DNA from: Cytophagales bacterium | GTDB taxonomy: Bacteria > Bacteroidota > Bacteroidia > Cytophagales > UBA9547 | Direction: 5' to 3' | Assembly: GCA_033765235.1 (NCBI GenBank) | Contig: JANRIG010000020.1 | Location: 155,934-219,933 of the forward strand | DNA: 64,000 nt | Part shown: positions 30,522-39,275 of the stretch, one piece after another | Position numbering within the stretch: position 1 is the stretch's first letter | Layout of the letters: each line of letters begins with the position of its first letter | Notes under the pieces: generated by a model | What the model saw: only the letters and a program-made list of their open reading frames with translations | Databases searched by the model: none | Told to the model about the DNA's origin: nothing | Position numbers and translations under genes: made by a program

Positions 30522-31916
30522 ATGAAAACAATCTTAGCTGCCTCACTATATTTTAATGTAATAATCTTCTCTCTGTCGGCAGCACCGGTAGTATCTATTA
30601 CTTCACCTATCAATGGCACATACTATCGCTCCGGCGATATTATTACCGCTACAGGCTTTGCTATTGATGCCACAGATGGCACTCTCACAGGCTTAGCACT
30701 AAATTGGGCAGTAGATTTTCATCATGATACCCACGTACACGATGCCATAAAATTAGGTACCGGCAACACCATAATATTTGACATACCCACTATCAGCGAA
30801 CTTACCAATCAGGTATATTTCAAAATAAAACTCAGAGCTACCAACTCATTAGATGAAGAGACCATTGCAGAAATAGATGTATTGCCACTGTTAGCCAACT
30901 TCACTGTTACATCATCACCCTTAGGAGGCAGGGTAGGAGTAGGTGTGCAAGCCAACACACAGTCTGACATGCCTATTGCATACACCACTACCCAAATGTC
31001 GTTTTGGAATGTACTCGTACAGCCCAATCAAACCATTGGCGGCGAAGCATTTGTATTCAGTCATTTCAATAATACAGGATATACAAACAATAGTTTTGGT
31101 TTTAACATGCCCACCAGAGATACCGTTTTTAAAGCATACTTTGCAAAAAAAACACATCTTGACGAATTTGCAACTCCTCTAACGGATACATTGATACAAT
31201 ACAAAGACTCTGTGATATATATAGATGTGCCTTATGATATCATGTGGAGCATTAGTCAGCTGCCCGACTGGATTACCCCTAATAAATTGCAAGGCGCACC
31301 CGGTGATTATATATCTCTATCTATAAATAATAACATAACAGAACAACGAAATGCTGTATTCACCATCACCGGTGGAGGGCACGTAAAATTTCATAAAACA
31401 CTCTCCATTACCCAAAAAACAATGAGAGTATTAACAATATCAAGCACACTAATATCTCTCTCAAACGGTCAAAATTACATACTGTCTATTACCGGCAACG
31501 TAGCTTGGAATATTCAAAACCCTACTTCATGGATCAAGTTAAATACCCTTACAGGTACTGGCAACGGCTCTATAACCATATCTTTAGAAGACAATTTCAG
31601 CACCCGAGAAAGATCAGAAGCATTAGTACTCACAGGTGATAATCTTACCAGATATATTATTGTAAAACAGGCAGGTATCACAGGATTTAGTATACTTGAC
31701 GATAATAAGAGGGTGTACCCTAATCCCTTCGAAAACTATATTCATTTGCCGGATGCCGATGCTGTCAATATATATAACAGCCAGGGAATATTAATATATC
31801 ATGTAGAAGATAATGCTTTGAAAACCATTGACACTCACAAATTCAATTCGGGCATATACCTGATAGAGATTATTAATAATGGTAAAACAATCACAGATAA
31901 ATTAATTAAAAACTAA
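30522..31916 (+). CDS. T9SS-secreted protein: Ig-like His-rich N-domain, two BACON-like domains, type A C-terminal sorting domain
   Basis: PVVSITSPINGTYYRSGDII...LNWAVDFHHDTHVHD. BACON-like WSISQLPDWITP...FTITGGG...LSITQ and AWNIQNPTSWIKLN...ITISLEDN...IIVKQAG. C-terminal domain: VYPNPFENYIHL...IYNSQGILIY...SGIYLIEI. Confidence 0.7.
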   Translation: MKTILAASLYFNVIIFSLSAAPVVSITSPINGTYYRSGDIITATGFAIDATDGTLTGLALNWAVDFHHDTHVHDAIKLGTGNTIIFDIPTISELTNQVYFKIKLRATNSLDEETIAEIDVLPLLANFTVTSSPLGGRVGVGVQANTQSDMPIAYTTTQMSFWNVLVQPNQTIGGEAFVFSHFNNTGYTNNSFGFNMPTRDTVFKAYFAKKTHLDEFATPLTDTLIQYKDSVIYIDVPYDIMWSISQLPDWITPNKLQGAPGDYISLSINNNITEQRNAVFTITGGGHVKFHKTLSITQKTMRVLTISSTLISLSNGQNYILSITGNVAWNIQNPTSWIKLNTLTGTGNGSITISLEDNFSTRERSEALVLTGDNLTRYIIVKQAGITGFSILDDNKRVYPNPFENYIHLPDADAVNIYNSQGILIYHVEDNALKTIDTHKFNSGIYLIEIINNGKTITDKLIKN

Positions 31917-31926
31917 GATATATTCT

Positions 31927-34900
31927 ATGAAAATGTCTAAAATACTGATTTATATAATGTTCACATTGTGTACAAATATTTTGCATGCACAAATACTGCC
32001 CTCGGGATTTTTGACACAAAGGATTGCACGCCTAAATTATCCTGTACATATGTCATTCCTGCCCGATGGTCGTGTACTCATAGCTGAGCAACAAGGCTAT
32101 GTAAGAGTGTTCAAAAATGGTGCCTTGCTACCCGGCAATGCCCTATTATTAGACAGTGTTTATTATCAAAACGAAAAAGGTTTGCTTGGCATAGCCGTAG
32201 ATAGAAATTTCACAGCCACAGGCCATGTATTTTTCTACTATACTATTAATATTCAGGGCAACTCTATCAGTGGTGTAGCTATACCCGGTGCTCAACCTAT
32301 ATTATATAAAATAGCCAGATACACTATGCAAGGTGATGTGTTTGTACCCTCGTCCAAATTTACAGTAATAGACCTTGAGAAAACGCCGAGTTTCATGACA
32401 AACTACAATCATGATGGAGGGCAGATGGAAATGGGACCTGACGGTAAATTATATGTAGCCATAGGCGACGCAGAGCTTTGGTGCTCCAGCTCATGTATGA
32501 ATATGTTTAGTACCTCTTGCAATTGTGGTCCTACTTGGATACCCCCCACCTATTCCGACGAAAGGGGAAACTATCTGTGCAAGCTACTCAGAATAAATAC
32601 AGATGGCACTGCTCCACCGGATAATCCGTATTATTCAAGCCCAATGCCGGTGACACCTCAACAAAAATACTTTATGGCCACCGGGCTAAGAAACCCTTTT
32701 GTACTTTCATTTAAGGCCAATACCAATCAAATCATAATAGGAGACGTAGGCTCTGCAGGTGCTGCACAACGAGAAGAGATAAATATACTCACCGTAGGTG
32801 GCACAAGCCAGCACCACTTAGGTTTTCCACATGTAGAAGGCATTGTAGGCAACCCTTCTTACAAAGACCCTACTTTTGCCTACCCGTCAGGCACCACTAC
32901 CTCATCCGGTTGTGCCATAGTAGGTGGCACCTATCATGTAAGTGTGCCAGGAGGCAACTGGCCTCCATTATATACCAACAAATATTTCTACATGGATTTG
33001 TGCAATGGCTACATCAACTCATTAGACATTGACAATGGCAATATATTGAGAAATTTTGTACGAAATTTGGCCACTAATATAGGTCATGCTGTAAGCGGCG
33101 ATGGCAACATAGGGCTCAACAGCGGCCCGGACGGCAATATGTATTACCTTACCAGAAGCCCCACAGCAAGTGTGGTAGGAATATACAGAATATCTTATCA
33201 ACCTATTACAGTGACCTCTATTAGCATAAATGCATCAACTAATGTAATATCTATCTGCGGTAGCACTATATTGCTCAGCACTAACATATTACCTGCAAAT
33301 TCTACGTACCAATCTGCCGCATGGTCTGCTACTCCTTCCACACTTGCCCATGTGAGTAACACAGGCCTTGTGACACCTCTCGGCAACGGAGTTGTAACTA
33401 TTACTGCAAGAGCAGTTGGCAATTATGCAATGGCAGACCACCGCATAATAACCATCTCAGGTCAAAGTGGCACGCCGCAAATCACTGTATCTGGCACTGC
33501 AGGAGCCAACACTGTAGGTATAGGTGGTACTTTACAAATGCTTTCAAATGCATCCCCTACTTGTCAAGGTACAGCAGTTATATGGAGCATCACACCTATT
33601 ACAGGCTCGGCTACCATCAATACCTCAGGATTAGTTTCAGGGCTCACCTTAGGTACTGTAAGAGTCACTGCCACATTAGCCACTAATAGTACCATCACCG
33701 GCACATTTGTGCTTACAGTAGTAGGAGGATGCACCAACACAGTTACAGGATTGACATTGACAGTACCCGGCAGTGCCTCAATCACAACTGACAAAGGTGC
33801 TATTCAAGTAAATCCTATATTATTACCTTCCAATGCTTGCAATACCTCTGTCAATTACTCAGTCATAGGTACATCAGGGTGCGCATCGGCTACCGTCAAT
33901 GGCACAGGTTTAGTCACAGCTACATTGGGCAATGGTTTGGTGACTATATTGGGCGCATCAGTTGCCAACCCTTCTGTCACTGCTTTATTTGTAATATCTA
34001 TATCCGGACAAATAATAGCAGTAACTAATGTGAGTGTGAATGGCACAGGAGGCATAAAAACTATAAGTACCCCATCAGGCACACTACAGATGGTATCATC
34101 TATTACTCCCACATGTGCCACCAATAGTGCTGTTAATTGGTCTGTTAATACCCTTACGGGGAATGCATGGATTAATGTAAGCTCGGGTATGCTCACTGCT
34201 GCCGGAAACGGTATTGTGAACGTAATAGCTACATCGGTGAGTAATCCGGGGGTTACAGGCAGTGCACAAGTGACTATCAGCGGTCAATGTTCAGCATCTG
34301 TATCTGCGGTTAATATCACAGCATCAGGGGGTAGTGCAGTTATCAATGTTAATAAAGGCACTTTACAATTAGGTACAGTTTTTACACCCGCATTTGTATG
34401 TAACAATGCTGTTTCATGGTCAGTGACCGGTGTATCGGGTTGTGCAAACGGCACTATCAGCGGAGCAGGTCTGCTTGGTTCTACCGGTGGCAATGGCAAT
34501 ATTACCGTCACAGGTACATCAGTAGCAAATACTTCAGTAAAAGGAAATATTATCATTGTTGTATCAAACCAAATAGTATCCGTCACGGGTGTATCTGCAT
34601 CGGGCCAAGGTGGTATAAATGTAATAACAGTGCCATCGGGCATATTGAATATGGTAGCTGTAGTAGCCCCATCTTGTGCCACAAACCCCTCAGTGACATG
34701 GTCAGTAGTGAATGGCACAGGCTCTGCTACAGTTAATAGCACCACAGGAGTATTAACAGCGTCGGGCAATGGCATAGTCACCGTGACTGCAACCTCGGTG
34801 AGCAATCCTGCCATTGGAGGTAATGTGATTATTAATATCAGCGGACAATGCTCACCCACTGTCACAGCACTTACATTACAGTCTGTAGGTAATCTTACGG

Positions 34901-37900
34901 TGGTATCTCCGGGCACCAATGTACTGTTTTATGGCAGTTTTACCCCATCATTTGTATGCAACACCACAGTAGGCTATGTAGTTACCGCAGTGTCAGGCTT
35001 GGCCACAGGCAGTGTAAACAGTAGCGGATTACTAACTACAGGAGGAGGCAACGGCACCATATCTGTGATAGGAGTATCTTTGGCAAATACTTCTGCAAGA
35101 AGCTTATATGTGCTCACTCTCAATACTGGTTTTGTACAAGTCACCTCAGTGATAGTGACAGCAAGCGGAGGGAGTTTAACCATAAATTCACCCAATGGCA
35201 CGCTGCAATTTGGCACTGTAATAACGCCTTCCAATGCCACAAACCCCAACGTGACTTGGTCTATATTAACAGTATCGGGCAATGCATCTGTATCAGCGTC
35301 GGGCTTAGTGACTGCTACAGGCAATGGGATAGTGACCGTAAGAGCTACTTCTAACAGCAACCCTACCATTACAGGCACTGCAAATCTTACCATTACAGGC
35401 CAATGCTCACCTACAGTGAGTAATATAAATATTACATCTGCCGGCACTTCTATCAATACTGCAGGTGGAGCGTTGCAGTTGGGTGCTGTGCTCTCCCCTG
35501 CTTTTGTATGCAATCCTGCGGTGACATGGTCCGTATTACCTACTGTGAATTGTGCCTCAGCCACCATTTCAGGCTCGGGCATGCTACAATCTACCGGAGG
35601 CAATGGAGTAGTGACATTAGTATGCACCTCAGTAGCTACCCCTACCACTACTGCTGTAAGAATAGTGAGTATATCCGGACAAAACATTATTGTTTCAAGT
35701 TTCAGCATTGTAAATGCTATGCTGCTTATCACTGTCCCCAATGGCAACTTACAAATGGCTTATGGCATATCTCCTATTTGTGCTACCAATCAGTCTGTGA
35801 CTTGGTCGGTATTGCCATCATCTACCTGTGCCACAGCTACCATATCGGGTAGCGGAATGCTACAATCATTAGGTGGCAATGGGGTAGTAACTGTAGTAGG
35901 CACTTCGGTATCCAATGGAAGTGCAGTAGATAGAAAAATAGTAACTATCTCAGGGCAAAATATCAACGTAAGCAGTGTGAGTATTACCAATATTAACCCT
36001 AATATAAATACCCCATCCGGCACCTTACAAATGACTAATAGTGTACTGCCCACTTGTGCTGCCAACCCAAATGTGACTTGGAGTGTGATACCATCTGCCT
36101 GTGCATCAGGTACCATATCGGGCACAGGATTGTTACAATCTACCGGGGGAAACGGTATAGTGACTGTAGTATGCACATCTGTAGCCAATGGAAGTGCAGT
36201 AGATAGAAAATCGGTAACCATATCAGGGCAAAATATTAACATCTCAGGGGTCACAATCACAAATGTGAACCCAATGATTACTATACAAAATGGTACATTG
36301 CAAATGACTAATAACACTACTCCACCCTGCGCATCGAACCCGGCTGTAACATGGTCAGTATCACCCTCTGTCACCTGCGCAGATGCTACCATATCAGGCA
36401 GTGGCATGCTACAATCCAAAGGGGGCAACGGTGTAGTCACAGTGATATGTACCTCAGTAGCAAACGGAAGTGCAATAGACAGGAAAACTGTAAGCATATC
36501 GGGTCAAAGCCTACAAGTGAGCGCAGTGAATATTACCAATAGCACTCCTGCCATAAACAGTATGGGAGGCAGCTTGCAAATGACTGCAAGTGTATTACCT
36601 ACTTGCGCTACAAATACCGGTATAGTATGGACTTTATTACCCAGTAATAATTGTGCATCGGGTACCATATCAGGTACAGGTATGTTGCAATCTGCAGGCG
36701 GTAATGGCACCATTACAGTAGTAGGTACATCAGCTGCCAATAGTGCTATCAAAGATGTGAAAGAAGTAGCTGTAAGCTCGCAAAGTATAGCAGTCACCAA
36801 TGTGACTATCACCAATAATATATTATTTATCAATACACAATCAGGGATATTAAACATGGCTGCGACGGTATTGCCTGTATGTGCAACTGATAAATCTTTG
36901 ATATGGTCTATAAATCCTGCTACAGGCATTGCAAATATTGATGCCGGCACTGGAGTTTTGCAAGCTGTTGGCAATGGGTTGGTTACCATAAGAGCTACAT
37001 CAAACAGCAATGGATCTGTATTTAACGAGAAAATAGTGACTGTGAGCGGGCAATGTACACCCATCAACAGTTTAAATATAGTAGCCCCCGGAAATAATTA
37101 TAGTATATCTACAGACAAAGGCACATTGAGCTTATCTGTATCTCACACCCCTGCCTCGGTATGCAACGCTTCTGTGGCATGGTCTGTGGTAGGTATGACA
37201 GGTTGTGCAAATGCTACTATTTCGGGCAGTGGTGTTCTCAAATCATTGGGTGGCGATGGCACAGTGACAGTAATGGCAGCATCTGTTGCAGATGGCAGCA
37301 TAACTGCGCAAACCACTGTCAATATCACCGGGCATACTGTGAGTGTACAAAGCATTTCTATAACACCTCCATTCAAATACATATTCTCCAAAAATGGTGT
37401 TATAGCATTTTCTGCATATGTATTACCTGCGTGTGCAACTGATAAATCCATAATTTGGACACTTGAAAACGGAGACGGCAAAGCTGAAATTGACCAAAAT
37501 ACAGGATTATTCACTGCTACAGGCATAGGAGTAGTGAAAGTATTGGCCACCAGTATACAAAATACAGGGGTAGAGGCATTTGCAACTGTGACTATATTAG
37601 GACAAAGTAACAACACGGGAACTTATGTAGCAGTAGAAAGTATAAGCATCTCACCTGTAAGCAATACCCAAATATCGCAACCAAGAGGTACGCTGCAATT
37701 TACATATACTGTGAACCCCAACAATGCTACAAATAGTGCAGTAACATGGAGCATACTGTCTGTGTCAGGGATGGCTACTGTAAACCCTAATACAGGCTTA
37801 GTCACAGCACAAGCCAATGGCAAAGTCATAGTATTTGCTACCTCACAAGCCGACAATTCTATTACAGCCTCTTATGTATTGACCATTAGCGGGCAGATAG

Positions 37901-38172
37901 AAACTCCTACATCACTCGGTGCCATACCTCAGAAAGGAGTAATAATATATCCAAATCCTAATAGTGGCATATTCATGATGGTGGCAGATAATATAAAAGG
38001 ACCGGTGACTATATATGTATATGATGAGAGTGGCAAAGAAGTATATACTGAAAAAGTTCGTAATTTTGACGGCACCAAAGAACTCAATTTAAGTCATTTA
38101 CCCAAAGCATTATACAAAGTATGCATAGCCTTGGAAAATGGGGTATATTATAAATTGATAAGTATTCAGTAG
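31927..38172 (+). CDS. Giant T9SS cargo: PQQ-type glucose/sorbosone dehydrogenase-like propeller + ~17 Big_2-like Ig domains + type A C-terminal sorting domain
   Basis: Signal peptide. GSDH-like motifs LPDGRVLIAEQQGYVRVF, EKGLLGIAVD and NHDGGQMEMGPDGKLYVAIGD (nt ~31990-33200). Then a repeat array. C-terminus: IIYPNPNSGIFMM...IYVYDESGKEVY...KALYKVCI. Confidence 0.85.
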   Translation: MKMSKILIYIMFTLCTNILHAQILPSGFLTQRIARLNYPVHMSFLPDGRVLIAEQQGYVRVFKNGALLPGNALLLDSVYYQNEKGLLGIAVDRNFTATGHVFFYYTINIQGNSISGVAIPGAQPILYKIARYTMQGDVFVPSSKFTVIDLEKTPSFMTNYNHDGGQMEMGPDGKLYVAIGDAELWCSSSCMNMFSTSCNCGPTWIPPTYSDERGNYLCKLLRINTDGTAPPDNPYYSSPMPVTPQQKYFMATGLRNPFVLSFKANTNQIIIGDVGSAGAAQREEINILTVGGTSQHHLGFPHVEGIVGNPSYKDPTFAYPSGTTTSSGCAIVGGTYHVSVPGGNWPPLYTNKYFYMDLCNGYINSLDIDNGNILRNFVRNLATNIGHAVSGDGNIGLNSGPDGNMYYLTRSPTASVVGIYRISYQPITVTSISINASTNVISICGSTILLSTNILPANSTYQSAAWSATPSTLAHVSNTGLVTPLGNGVVTITARAVGNYAMADHRIITISGQSGTPQITVSGTAGANTVGIGGTLQMLSNASPTCQGTAVIWSITPITGSATINTSGLVSGLTLGTVRVTATLATNSTITGTFVLTVVGGCTNTVTGLTLTVPGSASITTDKGAIQVNPILLPSNACNTSVNYSVIGTSGCASATVNGTGLVTATLGNGLVTILGASVANPSVTALFVISISGQIIAVTNVSVNGTGGIKTISTPSGTLQMVSSITPTCATNSAVNWSVNTLTGNAWINVSSGMLTAAGNGIVNVIATSVSNPGVTGSAQVTISGQCSASVSAVNITASGGSAVINVNKGTLQLGTVFTPAFVCNNAVSWSVTGVSGCANGTISGAGLLGSTGGNGNITVTGTSVANTSVKGNIIIVVSNQIVSVTGVSASGQGGINVITVPSGILNMVAVVAPSCATNPSVTWSVVNGTGSATVNSTTGVLTASGNGIVTVTATSVSNPAIGGNVIINISGQCSPTVTALTLQSVGNLTVVSPGTNVLFYGSFTPSFVCNTTVGYVVTAVSGLATGSVNSSGLLTTGGGNGTISVIGVSLANTSARSLYVLTLNTGFVQVTSVIVTASGGSLTINSPNGTLQFGTVITPSNATNPNVTWSILTVSGNASVSASGLVTATGNGIVTVRATSNSNPTITGTANLTITGQCSPTVSNINITSAGTSINTAGGALQLGAVLSPAFVCNPAVTWSVLPTVNCASATISGSGMLQSTGGNGVVTLVCTSVATPTTTAVRIVSISGQNIIVSSFSIVNAMLLITVPNGNLQMAYGISPICATNQSVTWSVLPSSTCATATISGSGMLQSLGGNGVVTVVGTSVSNGSAVDRKIVTISGQNINVSSVSITNINPNINTPSGTLQMTNSVLPTCAANPNVTWSVIPSACASGTISGTGLLQSTGGNGIVTVVCTSVANGSAVDRKSVTISGQNINISGVTITNVNPMITIQNGTLQMTNNTTPPCASNPAVTWSVSPSVTCADATISGSGMLQSKGGNGVVTVICTSVANGSAIDRKTVSISGQSLQVSAVNITNSTPAINSMGGSLQMTASVLPTCATNTGIVWTLLPSNNCASGTISGTGMLQSAGGNGTITVVGTSAANSAIKDVKEVAVSSQSIAVTNVTITNNILFINTQSGILNMAATVLPVCATDKSLIWSINPATGIANIDAGTGVLQAVGNGLVTIRATSNSNGSVFNEKIVTVSGQCTPINSLNIVAPGNNYSISTDKGTLSLSVSHTPASVCNASVAWSVVGMTGCANATISGSGVLKSLGGDGTVTVMAASVADGSITAQTTVNITGHTVSVQSISITPPFKYIFSKNGVIAFSAYVLPACATDKSIIWTLENGDGKAEIDQNTGLFTATGIGVVKVLATSIQNTGVEAFATVTILGQSNNTGTYVAVESISISPVSNTQISQPRGTLQFTYTVNPNNATNSAVTWSILSVSGMATVNPNTGLVTAQANGKVIVFATSQADNSITASYVLTISGQIETPTSLGAIPQKGVIIYPNPNSGIFMMVADNIKGPVTIYVYDESGKEVYTEKVRNFDGTKELNLSHLPKALYKVCIALENGVYYKLISIQ
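33200..37900 (+). repeat. Tandem array of ~17 Big_2-like Ig-domain coding repeats (~88-95 codons each)
   Basis: Each unit carries ...GTLQ(M/L)...P...A(T)N..V.WSV...A.(I/V)...G(L/M)(L/V)...GNG.VT(V/I).ATS... Units between ~35.7 and 36.8 kb have a 273-nt period. They share exact stretches such as ccaatggaagtgcagtagatagaaaa (35912-35937 and 36185-36210). Confidence 0.8.
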
Positions 38173-38225
38173 AAGTTATCAATCCTCAATTGTACGGCAG
38201 TAAATCATATTTCAAAATATTATAT

Positions 38226-38233
38226 TACCTTTG
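38226..38233 (+). promoter_or_regulatory. -7 promoter motif TACCTTTG
   Basis: TAnnTTTG match 19 nt upstream of the nuoA ATG. Confidence 0.4.
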
Positions 38234-38252
38234 AAATCTATATGTAATTGCC

Positions 38253-38714
38253 ATGTTATCACAATTTGGTATTGTGCTTATTTTTATTGCCGGAGGAATA
38301 TTATTTCTAATGGCTACATTTACAATAGCAAAGTTATTACGACCTCATAAGCCTAATCCACAAAAACTCACCCCGTATGAGTCGGGCGAGCAACCTATAG
38401 GCAGCAGTTGGCAAAAATTTAACATCAAATATTATACAATGGCATTGCTTTTTGTACTTTTTGAGGCAGAGCTTATATTCATTTTTCCTTGGGCTACTAT
38501 ATATGCAGACGCTATACATATGTCAATGACATCGGGCATGTGGGCATGGTTTACTTTATTTGAAATGGGTATATTTATTGCAGTGCTGGCTACAGGGCTT
38601 ATATATGCATGGGCAAAAGGACACCTGGAATGGATAAAAATACGCAGACAAAGTACTGATTACAAACAGAGTGTGCCTGATAGTGTTTACGCAGATTTTA
38701 ACAAAAAATATTGA
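38253..38714 (+). CDS. nuoA: NADH-quinone oxidoreductase subunit A
   Basis: ...[10 protein letters not shown]...[22 protein letters not shown]... is classic NuoA/ND3. It carries a ~25-30 aa C-terminal extension. Confidence 0.9.
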   Translation: MLSQFGIVLIFIAGGILFLMATFTIAKLLRPHKPNPQKLTPYESGEQPIGSSWQKFNIKYYTMALLFVLFEAELIFIFPWATIYADAIHMSMTSGMWAWFTLFEMGIFIAVLATGLIYAWAKGHLEWIKIRRQSTDYKQSVPDSVYADFNKKY

Positions 38715-39223
38715 TGGCGGGAGAAAAAAATTTTGAACATGGAGGAATATTCGTCAGCAACATTGACAATTTGGTGAACTGGGCTCGATTATCATCGCTT
38801 TGGCCTATGGGTTTTGGGCTGGCTTGCTGCGCCATAGAGATGATGAGCACCTATGCCTCAGGCTACGACCTGGACAGATTTGGAGTGATACCACGCCCCT
38901 CGCCTCGACAAAGTGATGTAATGCTGGTGGCAGGTACAGTGACATTCAAAATGGCAGACCGCATAGTAAGGCTTTATGAGCAAATGCCCGAACCTCGGTA
39001 TGTAATATCTATGGGCTCGTGCTCCAACTGTGGCGGACCCTATTGGGAACATGGCTACCATGTGGTGAAAGGGGTAGACAGGCTTATACCCGTAGATGTA
39101 TATGTACCCGGCTGCCCGCCTCGCCCTGAGGCATTGATAGGTGGAGTATTGAAGTTGCAAGAAAAGATAAGATCAAAAACTCAACCCTACCATAAGTCAT
39201 TGGTTATAGAAAAGTGGGTATAA
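38711..39223 (+). CDS. nuoB: NADH-quinone oxidoreductase subunit B
   Basis: [20 protein letters not shown] and VPGCPPRPE (N2 cluster ligands). 4-nt overlap with nuoA. Confidence 0.92.
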   Translation: MMAGEKNFEHGGIFVSNIDNLVNWARLSSLWPMGFGLACCAIEMMSTYASGYDLDRFGVIPRPSPRQSDVMLVAGTVTFKMADRIVRLYEQMPEPRYVISMGSCSNCGGPYWEHGYHVVKGVDRLIPVDVYVPGCPPRPEALIGGVLKLQEKIRSKTQPYHKSLVIEKWV

Positions 39224-39275
39224 ATAACTATTTACACAAGTATATCAATCATTATTTTTTATATAATTTTGAATA

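Noticed and set aside
33198-37856. Series of long minus-strand ORFs (74-257 aa) antisense to the giant Ig-repeat gene.
   Set aside because: They tile the repeat array exactly and are V/T/P/A-rich mirror translations. The sense strand is dominated by GTN/ACN/GGN/AAT codons, whose complements rarely create stops. They have no independent starts, signals or promoter boxes.
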